A stretch of 64,000 nt of DNA, taken from NCBI GenBank assembly GCA_051294905.1, contig CM119374.1, forward strand, positions 23,746,001 to 23,810,000. Reading direction: 5' to 3'. The position numbers and the translations under genes were made by a program. Shown in pieces: positions 12,501 through 22,512 of this stretch. How positions within the stretch are numbered: position 1 is the stretch's first letter; each line of letters begins with the position of its first letter. The notes beneath the pieces were generated by a model that saw only the letters and a program-made list of their open reading frames with translations, did not search any database and was not told the DNA's origin. Source of the DNA: Botryllus schlosseri (lineage: Eukaryota).

Positions 12501-15500
12501 AACATCAATACAGACAGCAACCCAGCCGAAAGCACCTGTTGTTTCCTCAGGGTTGCCATACTTTTGAATCAGGAAAGGAAGACTCTTTTTTTCAAAAATC
12601 ATAAAAGTTATCTTATTGAAACAGAAAACAACTGATTCTGAAATATTTACTGGAAATCTTGTTGCGATGACTGAATAAAAGGTCATCACTATGATTCGAC
12701 TCGCGAATGACCCACTCGAACTTCCGCATTGCCTATACGTCGCATCATTTATGTCGATTTTCAGTTAACCCCGTCCATAAGCCCAGCTGTAAAAGCTTTG
12801 AAGGAGGACGAATTGTCAAAAAGGAGGACGTTTAGGCGTCCTCGGAGGACATTGTCAATTTCCTGGAAAGGGCGGAGAAATCCTCCTAAATGAGGACGTG
12901 TGGTAACCCTAGTTTACTACTATACACAATTGCACAATACCCATATGATTATGGATTCTTACCGTTACACTGCGGAATCTCTGCAGAAAAGATCCCAGAG
13001 TCTAAGCAAGTCGCCGTATCGGATCCATCAAGCTCATAATCCGGCTCGCAACTGAAAGAGATCGATTCCCCTATGGAATATTCAGTCTTTTCCGGCACAG
13101 TGCTTCCTTGGTTCGGGCTTCCGGGGAACAAGCACTTAGTTGGAGGTTCTGCCAGGTGACATGTAATTAAAACATGGTACGAATCCTCGACAGAGGTGGT
13201 GAAAGTAGTCAGGATTGTTACCCAAATAGAAGTAGACGGACGTAATGCCGTAAATTTCTACTCAATTACAGATAGAAGTAGGAATTTCGATATATGCTGA
13301 AATACATCAGGTATAGGAAAGTGAAATGTCTGAAAAGTACTCAAGTAAGAAATTATATAAAGTAGATTTGGTCGAGTAATCGCGTACTTTATACTATTAA
13401 ATCGAAACGAATAACGCAAAATGACCGTGGCGCCACCTATTGATCAATTTTTGAAGATATGCTATGTTTCCAGGGGCTATTTCACCCGGTTGTCATGATA
13501 AACGTGATACAAACCAATCAAAAGACTACATTATGCCCTACAGAAGCCCGAGTGTAAAAAGTATGAAGGTTTTAGTCAAAAAATACTCAGTAGGAGTGGA
13601 AGTAATCTGAAATCATTACCACTTAACTAAATAGTGAAAGTACTCATACTTGGGTACTCCCAAAAGTAGAAGTATACTTCGTTACAGGCTATCTCTGGTA
13701 ATCTGGGATACAAAACATGAAGTTGAGAATATGCCTACTCACTAGGAATGCTGTGAACGTGAGATTCACGTACGCGTTCTGTGTGTGAACCTCCGAAATT
13801 TAGAGGTTCACGTTCACAAACGAACCTTGTTAGGTTCTGCACTGTGAACCATTTTCATATATTACACTTTTCACGTCATTACAATATCTTTGGTGGAAAT
13901 TTATGGCATTTCAACTGCGGACCACTCTAGACTCTATGCATGGCGCTGACAGCATAAAAAATCAACACTAAACGAGCATGCACCTTGACAATCTCAAAAA
14001 TGTTACCGGCTTTGTTGCAAAAGTTTGCTTGAAATATCCAGCTTTGTGTTTGTGAATATTTAGTGACTCTCTGCTGTGAGCTTGATCCGAAATCGCACAA
14101 CATGAAGAGTGAAATACGCTACATGTAGGTAGTCCGTGCATGATGCTTATTCAACCAATCAATGTAATTGATATCATTTTCTGATGTAAAAAAATCTAGG
14201 AATCGTACGGGGCCATCTCGATTTCATAAGTTTATTGCATCATTCATGAAATAAAAATCCGTGCGATTTTGGTGTTCACCGATGCTGTATAACTTGTTAA
14301 TGGGGTAAAACCCGTTTTACAATCAGCTCAATATCAACGCAGCAAAACTCAGACTCCGCATAAATTGTACGGTCTGTCCTAGACCATTAAGGCGTAAGCT
14401 TATATGCCCTTGCAAGTCCTCGTTGAAATTGTTGGCAAAGCGTCGGAAGATATTGATTTTATCGGATTATTATATCATTTTAATTGCTCCAGTTGATACA
14501 TTTGGCAACACTTAAAAAGTCAGTATGAACTTCAGCATTGTGGCATTATGTGGCCCGAGTCATCGCGAAGTATCGTGTACATTAATATATATCACTTCAC
14601 TGAAATGTAAGGTTGGAATTAGCAATATAACGTCAAGTGACGTCATGAGGTTCACGTTCGCGTTCACACAGAACCTTTCAAAAAGGTTCACGTTCACACG
14701 AACCTGAACCTTTCCGAGGTTCACACCATCCCTACTACTCACTAATGCAGGTTGGTATATTCCCCGAAAAGCTTCCGGACGCTGAACACGTTGTCGAATT
14801 GACTCCGGAGATCAGAAATCCAGACGAACAGCGGAACACCACCGATTCTCCGACAGCGTAAGTGGATTTCTCGGGAATAGTGTTACCGTTCGTGGGATTG
14901 CCAGGGAAATCGCAAACAACATCTGAACAAGGAAGCATACCACGTGACGCAAACACGCTGTCGAAACTATTATTACGGAACAAATTAGCGTGTAATTTTC
15001 CATGGGCAGTCAATACAAAGCGGCCAATTTATTTTTGTTTCGCTCAGACTAGACCCTGTCGTTTTGGTGATTGCTACATTCTACGTTGAGTTTTGGCAAT
15101 TTTCGCACTATTACTCCGACAGTCCGCCGTAAATACGGTCGTAATAACGCGAGGTCAGTTCCAGTAAGCTTATTGGCGTTAATAGTAGAAAATTGTTTCC
15201 GCTGTAAATAAAATCCTGACACGCACCAACTTGATAAAAGTGTTGAACGCTGTTCAGTTACCTTTTAATTGTAGTCAAACACACACGGACCATTCTCGAT
15301 ATCTAAAAGTTTGAAATCAATTAACTCTATATGCAGTTACCAACGATATAGTTCGCAAACTGCTAAGCTTGTAATTCCTATTATATATCAACAGACTTTA
15401 TTGACCGACGCATGCCCACAATGTATTTTCTACTGCTTTATAGCTTACCTTTTGAATAGTATATTCATATTGAAATGAACCCGAATATTTTCGGCTGACA

Positions 15501-18500
15501 CTCGTCAGGGGTAATCGTCAGCAACTAGTAGAGAATTCGAAAGAACAGCGTATATCAACAATCGTAACACAAAATATGACGTCACCAGCATGAAATGTCG
15601 AATACGAGAGCGTTCAATGTACTATTTTTAGATGATACACGAACTCTTTTTGTTGACACAGCCTTGGCTGGTGTATTTTGATAAAAGCCGACTCCAAGGC
15701 GCACAAATGAAAGTGTGAGCGACCCTTTCCGAGTATGCGAAATCTGTCGTCTCGATAATTTTTCGCACAGGCGGGATTATCCAACAAGTGTTTGCCAATT
15801 GCAGAATTTATGGCCTTTGATTGGTCCGCATCAATCTTGAGCGGGTGAGTTAAGGGTGAGCTTTTCATCGAGCGTGTTCTAATGAATCTAGGGACATGCT
15901 GATTTACGCGTTCCTGCAAGCGCTTTGACGTTCTTCCCACGTAGCCACAATCACAGTGGCACTTAAATTCGTAAACTACATTGCTTTGCTGAAGTGCGGG
16001 TAGCACGTCTTTACGTGTTGCGGGGAGCAGTTGCGTTGTCGTGAAAATCACGTTGGTCTTCACTGTGTCGTAACACTTATTGACCGCTGAAATCAATTGC
16101 TTTTCAAAGCGGGTGGAAATAGGCCCTATCCAAGGTAGATGGATGTAAACATCTTTGGTTGTTCGTTCGGTAGGCTCTATTGACTTTTCTGCATTGAAAT
16201 GCGTTACTTTCCTCTCTATGCCACGGTTGATGACATGTTCAGGGTAACCGTTATCAAGTAAGATTTTCCGGATATTGTCAAGTTCTGAGTTCAGTTTATT
16301 ACCCGAACATATCATCAACGCTCTATGCACGAGGGTGCCTATGAGGTTGATTTTTCTGCGGCTAGGACTAAATGAGTTCCAACGAAGGTATTGGCCAGTG
16401 AATGTCGGTTTCCGGAAGATTGATGTTTCAAATTTATTGGTATCATGTTTTTCGACTAAAACGTCCAAAAATGACAATGAGTTATTTCGTTCTTTTTCAA
16501 TTGTGAATAACAGAGCCGGGTGAAGCGAGTTTAAGTGAATGAGAAATTGATCACAGTCTATCTCATTTCTGAAAATGACAAAAGTATCGTCTACATAACG
16601 TCGGTACAACACCGGTTTGACGGACACACGCTGGGTGAGAAGCTCGACCTCATAAAATCCTACGAAAATGTTAGCCAAAGTTGGTCCCAAGGGAGATCCC
16701 ATCGATATGCCGTCTATTTGTTTATAGATAACATCGTTAAAGCTAAATTCAACAGAACATGTAGCTGCCTGTAAAAGTTCAACAAAAACTTTACGCGGCA
16801 TTGAGGGAGGTGCTAGCTTACCGCCGTAAAGCGCGTTCGCACAAATATCGATAGTCTCTTGCAGCGGAACGTTTGTAAAGAGACTAGAGATTCTTTCGAA
16901 TTCTCTACTAGTTGCTGACGATTACCCCTGACGAGTGTCAGCCGAAAATATTCGGGTTCATTTCAATATGAATATACTATTCAATTGTATATTGAAGTTC
17001 TGTACCTCAAAGAAGCTGTTCAGCTTACCTTTTCTACGACACACCGGCGTCTCGGGCTCAAATGCCCCGGACCGTGTACAATAAGATCTGGCAGATCCAT
17101 GCAGAGTGAATCCATCTTTGCATTCATACATAACGTACTCTCCAGCACTGTAGTGTCCTTTTATTTCAGACAAGGTGATCAAATATCCATTAGGTGGAGC
17201 ACCGGGAGGTGGGCATTTCGGTTGGGGTTCTGAAATGTAAAAGCTGCTTAGTTAATTGAAAAATTCGAACCGACACTTACAAGACTTGATTCATCTCATA
17301 TTAAACAGATCAAACTATATTCACAGTAATATGGTTCCTAATATGATAATACTTTGAGTATGAGAATTAGATGTAACATGCTCGCTATAATCATGTGACA
17401 AATATTCTTACTTATGCAACTTGGTACTTTATCAGAAAACAGTCGGGTTGAAAGACACTTCTGCGAAGATACTCCAACAAGGCTATACCCAGTGTCGCAA
17501 GAGAATGTTACAATGGCACCGACCGCATACGTTGCTTTCAAGGGCATTATCTGTCCGTTTGAGGGCGCTCCCGGATACGTGCAGCTTTTGCTGGTGTGTA
17601 TCACTATGACGAAATGCATTGAAAATCATAAATGCGATAACACAGGATGCTAAACAAATTCGAGACTTGATGCAGATTCAAGTATTAGTCAAAATGAAGA
17701 TTGTATGAAATGAAAAGAGTGTAAAGGTTGTCAACGTAACGTTACATATCGTATGATGTGCCGGCTTAACAACTTCCAGATTTAAGACTTCATTGTGACG
17801 TCATAACATCTATATGTATTGTAATATCCGTTATCGCAAATTTTCTTGATACAATCTCATTCGCCCTCCAGTCTACCCTTGAATGGTCAGACACGGGCTT
17901 TGTGATTGATAGCAAAGTAGCCCAAGCCAAGTCATCAACAGCAGCGCGATATCTTCTTCAAATTGAAATGATTATGCAATATGACAACGTTCTTTCTGAT
18001 AATTACAAGCAGTGTACCTTTGCAGGCGGCGGTGGAGGAGAAAAGTCCATTCGAAAGGCATGTCGCAACCCCTTGGCCGATTAAGTGATACCCATGTTCG
18101 CAACTGTAAGTGATACGCGCACTCTCTTGATAGAATGATTTTTTGGGAGTGATCACCAAGCCAGGGTACTCGGTGGGGTAGCAATAAACTTTTCGCTTTT
18201 CTGAAATGTAACGTATACATGTAATTGAGCGGCTACACCTAACCAACGGAGCATCATTGAAATTAGCTTCGCCAGTGAATTGTGACCAGAATATAATCAT
18301 TACAATGGAGATACCATCGCCCTCGTATAAATGTTGGCTTCCACTAGTGTCGCCTACTCGTCTCTATACCTCAAACGCCCTTCCACCCTGACTTAACCAA
18401 CTTGAAGATTTCCAGGTTTTCTAAATACGATTAAATTTAGAATTACAGCTTCGCATTTTTTCCGAATTAGACTAGCATTAGAATCATAGCTACGTAGTGT

Positions 18501-19646
18501 TTTTTTCGAAATTTTAGTTTGGAATTAGAAATATAGCTAAATCGGTTCTTCCAAAATTAGATTAGAATTAGCATCACTGAATCCGCCAACACTTGGAAAT
18601 CGCATCAAGTTTAGTTCGTATCAATACAGAGTCCATTCTCATAAGGTTGTACAGCAAACTTGGCTCGTTTCGCAGTATACTGTTCTTCTGTAATATTTTC
18701 GTAAAAACCAGAGATCAGATTATAATTGAAATTACAACATAGAAGCATTTCACAAGTTAGATTTGATTTAGAATTAAAGCAAAGAAACGTTTAGTAAATT
18801 TAATTAGAATTAGATTACTGGCATTTCGCTCTAATTCAGCGGTTCTTAAGCTTTTGTGATCGCGGACGCCTTTGAGTTTTGTGGGCGGCTCGCGTACCCC
18901 CAAATTAGAAAAGCCGGTGACTGGAAGGTCCTCACATCGGGCCAAACTCTATTTACGCCTAAAATGAGATAACTAATGACTATAGACAAGACAGTCACAA
19001 TTCCGCACACAAGGTGCCATTCTCACAAGATAACAGGGTAGTTTCTTGATAACGTATCGCCCGTTCACGGAACCCTAAATGGACCGCAGACCCCAGTTTA
19101 AGAGCGCCTGGTCCATTGGTCTAACTTCCTTAACTAGCTAGTTGACCAAGTCCGCTTTCACCTACCAGTCACGACTAACAAAGAACTCCAACTTACCAGC
19201 ACAGGAGACGCCACTCAAGCTCGGGCTCCATCCTCCTGCTGTACATTTCGTGGTTATCCCATCGCCATACGTTTTGTGTTGGGAAGCAATCTTATATTCG
19301 TCTTTGCAGACAACAGTTATTGACGCCCCGATGGAGTATTGCGAATATAAGCTGTAACTCGTGAAGAAATTATGCTGTCCTCTAATACCTGCGTGCGGAA
19401 TCTTCGGAACACGACAACCTGTTAAAACTGGAAGTAGAGCGCTTGTTAAAAAGAATTTCTTTGCTGCAGCATTCCGTTTATGATACCATGACAACCGACA
19501 GTTGTTAACAGCACACAGTTAAAATCAACAATGCGATTACCACATTCGAAAAATGGGATTTACTCACCTGAAAAATATGTACCCTCCGCATTGAATATAT
19601 AAATGGAAAATGTAATCAGTCCCACTAAACTCTTAATCGCATCCAT
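596..19646 (-). CDS. Gene A: signal peptide plus at least 26 tandem Sushi/CCP domains (about 1640 aa in window), 3'-incomplete
   Basis: Signal exon 19568-19646 (MDAIKSLVGLITFSIYIFNAEGTYFS). CCP exons, all GT-AG, phase 1-1, four Cys each: 19197-19427, 18018-18200, 17412-17603, 17029-17229, 14743-14922, 12963-13148, 12061-12252, 10268-10471, 10020-10208, 9777-9956, 8801-8992, 8120-8299, 7489-7668, 7207-7389, 6905-7084, 5272-5451, 5028-5207, 4556-4735, 4134-4313, 3886-4065, 3340-3519, 2998-3177, 2759-2938, 2402-2581, 2151-2330, 596-775. No junction codon is a stop. No terminal exon is seen before position 1. Confidence 0.9.
872..1811. mobile_element. hAT-type MITE with an internal LINE fragment
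   Basis: TIRs CAGTGGTGTCAAAC (872) and GTTTGACACCCCTG (ends 1811). TSD is degenerate. Confidence 0.65.
1390..1560 (-). pseudogene. Relic of a non-LTR retrotransposon ORF2 C-terminus (CR1/L2-like)
   Basis: Minus-strand peptide KALRSQSHKLLSVPRVKTSICGERNFSSSAAILWNN matches the LRS..L.VPR..T..G.R.FS..A..LWN motif of L2/CR1 ORF2. Boundaries are approximate. Confidence 0.6.
5668..6130. mobile_element. hAT-type MITE
   Basis: TIR CAGTGGTGGC...GCCACCACTG with a perfect 8-bp TSD ATGGAGTA (5660-5667, 6131-6138). Confidence 0.85.
6146..6681. mobile_element. hAT-type MITE, TAGGGTTGCATTT family
   Basis: TIR TAGGGTTGCATTTA...TAAATGCAACCCTA with TSD ACCATTTC/ACCGTTTC (7 of 8). Related copies at 44577 and 55507. 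Confidence 0.8.
9134..9441. mobile_element. hAT-type MITE, CAGTGGTTCT family
   Basis: TIR CAGTGGTTCTCAACC...GGTTCAGAACCACTG. TSD is degenerate. Confidence 0.65.
10921..11763. mobile_element. hAT-type MITE, CAGTGGTTCT family
   Basis: TIR CAGTGGTTCTCAACC...GGTTGGGAACCACTG with subterminal CGCGGACCCC repeats. No clear TSD. Confidence 0.7.
12548..12911. mobile_element. MITE of the YAGGGTTRCCA family with GAGGAC subterminal repeats
   Basis: Ends CAGGGTTGCCATA and TGTGGTAACCCTA. Homologous copies end near 39470 and lie at about 42523-42882, 51681-52090 (reverse) and 60743-61068. Confidence 0.65.
13191..13697. mobile_element. MITE of the CAGAGGTGGT family (AGTAGAAGT repeats)
   Basis: Starts CAGAGGTGGTGAAAGTAGTC with a degenerate right end. 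Homologous to 53401-55196. Confidence 0.6.
13743..14734. mobile_element. hAT-type non-autonomous element inserted at the donor of exon 14743-14922
   Basis: TIR TAGGAATGCTGTGAAC...GTTCACACCATCCCTA with GTGAAC/GTTCAC subterminal repeats and a perfect TSD CTACTCAC (13735-13742, 14735-14742). Confidence 0.85.
15479..15522 (-). ncRNA. Minimal type I hammerhead ribozyme in the pLTR (copy 1)
   Basis: ACCC-CUGACGA-GUGUCAGCC-GAAA-AUAU-UC-GGGU: intact catalytic core, stem I ACCC/GGGU, palindromic stem III AAUAUU. Penelope-like elements are known to carry such minimal hammerheads. Confidence 0.85.
15614..16888 (-). CDS. Penelope-like RT (5'-truncated) fused to GIY-YIG endonuclease
   Basis: The frame is open from SSLFTNVP (end of RT motif A, catalytic Asp cut off) through GISMGSPLGPTLANIF, YRRYVDDTF and FLDV to NVVYEFKCHCDCGYVGRT and a conserved Glu (LESAFI). 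Stop at 15614. The ORF track lists 15614-16801. Confidence 0.9.
   Translation of the reverse strand, partial: SSLFTNVPLQETIDICANALYGGKLAPPSMPRKVFVELLQAATCSVEFSFNDVIYKQIDGISMGSPLGPTLANIFVGFYEVELLTQRVSVKPVLYRRYVDDTFVIFRNEIDCDQFLIHLNSLHPALLFTIEKERNNSLSFLDVLVEKHDTNKFETSIFRKPTFTGQYLRWNSFSPSRRKINLIGTLVHRALMICSGNKLNSELDNIRKILLDNGYPEHVINRGIERKVTHFNAEKSIEPTERTTKDVYIHLPWIGPISTRFEKQLISAVNKCYDTVKTNVIFTTTQLLPATRKDVLPALQQSNVVYEFKCHCDCGYVGRTSKRLQERVNQHVPRFIRTRSMKSSPLTHPLKIDADQSKAINSAIGKHLLDNPACAKNYRDDRFRILGKGRSHFHLCALESAFIKIHQPRLCQQKEFVYHLKIVH
16914..16957 (+). ncRNA. Minimal hammerhead ribozyme in the inverted pLTR (copy 2)
   Basis: Identical to copy 1. Predicted cleavage after C16953. Confidence 0.85.
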
Positions 19647-20956
19647 ACCCAGCAGTTGGGATGTATGAGATAGTGCTAACAGTCAACTCGGTTCTTCAAA
19701 AGTATGTCTCCACCAAACCGAACCTTACAGGAGACAATCAAATATCAAAATGATCAGGGCAATGTAAAAGCGTCTATTTCACTGAACAAATTCTAATTAG
19801 CAGCAGGTACAAAATCCTGAAGGCTGCGATCATTTAGAACACCCATTCTGTTGCTACACGGAGTTGAAAAAAGCAAGTCCGCCTGGGCCAAATATCTCAC
19901 CGAAAATTTTCACACATTAAAATTCTTTCGCATAAAGACCAAGATCGTGTTAAATAATGTACATAAACATACACATGATATACGACATAACAGTGTGTGA
20001 ATATGTAATTAGTTGGGATGACGCGTGGCAATTACAGCATTAATTGCAACCGATGGTCTGTGCCTTGAGTATATTTGTTTCGGAGGTTAAACAATCAGAA
20101 GCTGCGTCACGAAACTGGTTTGATCGCAGCGATGCGAAGCGATACTTCCGTTGTGAAATAGCGTTTGTTACATCACAAACACCTCAATTATCGTCGATTT
20201 AGAAAATTCGGGTGGCAATCTCGGTTTCAGAATCACACGAAACCTGAAACTTGAGGTACTAGTTATGTGTGCAAAAGGGGTATCAGCATCTGTGCATTTC
20301 AGAGAGTCTTCGCGTAACGGCAAAAATGTACTAGATTTACGAGCAACATTTGTGCAAATGTTGAACTACGAAACGAGATATACTAGGTTTGTGCTGCAGA
20401 AAGTACTGTGTTTACTTTAATATGTCCCAATCGTAATGTGGTAGACGTTTCGAGTTCGCATGCCAAACACTCCAAACCCCAATTCTTAATTAATTACCGG
20501 TCACTCTCACTTTTGTGAAATGTTGACGCGAATCTGTCTAAAATGTTGTAGGAAAATTGAAAATCGTCGAAACTTGATACCTGGATTGTAATTTAGCATA
20601 CTAACACAGTGCTTACCCACCACTTCGCGACCCACAATGAGACTTGACAATACGAATGAAAAACAAATTAATGTGAAAAGAAACAATGTATTGTGTACAG
20701 CAGGGGTTACCAACTTGTGGACAATGGCGCCGTAGGGGGCCCATAAATGACTTGGGTAAAAGCTATCGTCTCTATGATTAGACAGATATGAATCAAAATT
20801 GAATAATAATACTAATACAGGCTATTTCTTGAACTTGAGTTTACGTTATTTGGTTTTCTTTTACATTTGAAATCATGAGTAGTTAAAAATTTGTGCAATT
20901 GCTACCCCTACAAAAAGAAGGAAGTATGATCAAATTCATCTTTAAGAGCGGCTCTA

Positions 20957-21570
20957 TCAGTATCAGTATCAGTATTAGTTTATTATTATTTTCATCATTT
21001 CAAAATACCACAAAACTGCAATACAATGAAAAGATAGCTAGGTGTCGAAACGACTTAGAATAGTCCTTGAGATCAGACACCCACCTGGGCCTAGGCGATG
21101 TAAAGAGGAGGCATGCATACTGAATGAAAGTAAAAGAAGATAATATAAAATGACCAGCGACAAAATCAGATGGCAAGTGACGGAAGCCGAGATCGATATA
21201 TCAGGTCGTGGTCCGGTGACTTGTGAGGGCTGACTAGTATTCATTCCGTAGAAATTGCTTGTATTTTGACTTGAATGTGGACATGCTCGACGACTGTAGT
21301 CGAGATACTGTTCCACACTTCAGATCCGGCATATTTGATAAAGCGATGATCTTTTTGGCCCACCACACGATAGTTGGACGACGTGGACACGCGTGTGCCA
21401 TATACTTATGCACTTTTGATACCGAGGTAAAGAAGTCATTGAAGCTTTCGGGGCAGTGACCGCAGTGGAAATGATACTTAAACTTGGCAATTTCTAGTCT
21501 CAGCATTACCGAATCCTTTGAGCAGTAGGCTAAGTATCTATACATGACACGGAATTGTACAAGCCACAAT
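20957..21570 (-). mobile_element. 3' fragment of an L2/CR1-like LINE with an (ACTGAT)n tail
   Basis: Degenerate ORF2 C-terminus (IAKFKYHF..PESFNDFF..VH.Y...SMSTFKSKYKQFL) followed by a 3'UTR and tandem tail. The 3'UTR and tail recur at about 41680-41780. Confidence 0.7.
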
Positions 21571-21619
21571 GTGCTTCATATTAAACCAATTAAAGAGTAG
21601 GCTACCCAAAGCTTGATAA

Positions 21620-21800
21620 AATTGTCATGCCACTGCTGCTGTATTTCCCATCAACTTGCCGCTGTGAATGTGGGTTTTCAACAATGTTAATTTTGAAGAT
21701 AAACCAGTGCAGTGTCTTGGGTATGCAATATGACATTCGGCTTGCTCTTTCCACCATACCAAACCAGCAATTAACAGATAGTCAGAGTAAAAGCAAGCTC
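21620..21800 (+). pseudogene. hAT (Buster/Charlie) transposase C-terminal relic
   Basis: Peptide LLLYFPSTCRCECGFSTML..K.....DIRLALS matches the hAT dimerisation-region motif LL.FPSTY.CE.GFS.M. Confidence 0.65.
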
Positions 21801-22030
21801 AATCAACATTATAAATTAATGCGTTTCATAAGAAGTAACCGTCATGCTTGTTACGTGCTGTATTTTATCGTTCTGCAAGCTGCTACTGTATAAAATAACG
21901 TTTCTCTCAGGCAAGTCGTTAGGTGCCGCCAGTGAGAAGCCAGAATTTGATGTTTTCAATCAGTGTGGATGACATAAATGTAAACGTGCGTGTAAATAGA
22001 ATGGTCATATCATGCCCCTGCAAGGTTTGC

Positions 22031-22190
22031 CGGGAAGCGAGTGGCGCAGCGTCGCGACACAAATGGCAGTGGTTCGAATCCCGGTTAGCACTAACTTCTA
22101 TGTGGCGACCGTTTTATGGGCTCCTCATCGCCGATCTCATTGCAGTGAGCCGAGCTATAAGTCGGAAGCAAAAGAACCGTTGAAGCGCGC
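22031..22190 (+). mobile_element. tRNA-derived SINE
   Basis: A-box TGGCGCAGCG (22042), B-box GGTTCGAATCC (22071), and GCTATAAGTCGG shared with the SINE at 57350. No complete cloverleaf. Confidence 0.6.
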
Positions 22191-22445
22191 CTGACAGAGA
22201 CTGCATGAGAGAGTGCAAGAGAATGAAAGTCCTAAAGAAATGCATCGAACTGTACTAAATATTGACATGTCGTGGATCACGAAGTCTTCAAAAGGCTATA
22301 AGCACCGCTGTTTTGTGTAATAATCATCATGTCCAAGCGAAGTCACAAGGTGTAGCGCTGTCCTGCATCCGATAATGTATGAATCTGCGTCATATGAAGA
22401 CACGTAAGCTATATGCATCGCATTTCAGTAAATATGATCCGTCCA

Positions 22446-22512
22446 ATGGAGTTACTTTTGTGCTTGCTATTGACACTGGCCTACATTGGAATTACAAAAC
22501 TGCCTTTATCAA
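22446..22512 (+). CDS. Candidate signal-peptide exon of gene B
   Basis: MELLLCLLLTLAYIGITKLPLS followed by a phase-1 but weak donor A|GTTATC. It is the best candidate found upstream of 24934 and is unconfirmed. Confidence 0.35.

Larger units (their letters stand above)
15452..17021 (-). mobile_element. Penelope-like retroelement, 5'-truncated, with inverted pLTR, 37-nt tail and TSD
   Basis: RT and GIY-YIG ORF. The 94 bp at 15452-15545 are the exact reverse complement of 16891-16984. Tail 16985-17021. Flanking duplication AGCTTACCTTTT at 15442-15453 and 17022-17033. Confidence 0.92.

Noticed and set aside
22031-22095. Possible tRNA gene
   Set aside because: A and B boxes are present but there is no full cloverleaf, and it continues into sequence shared with SINE copies.
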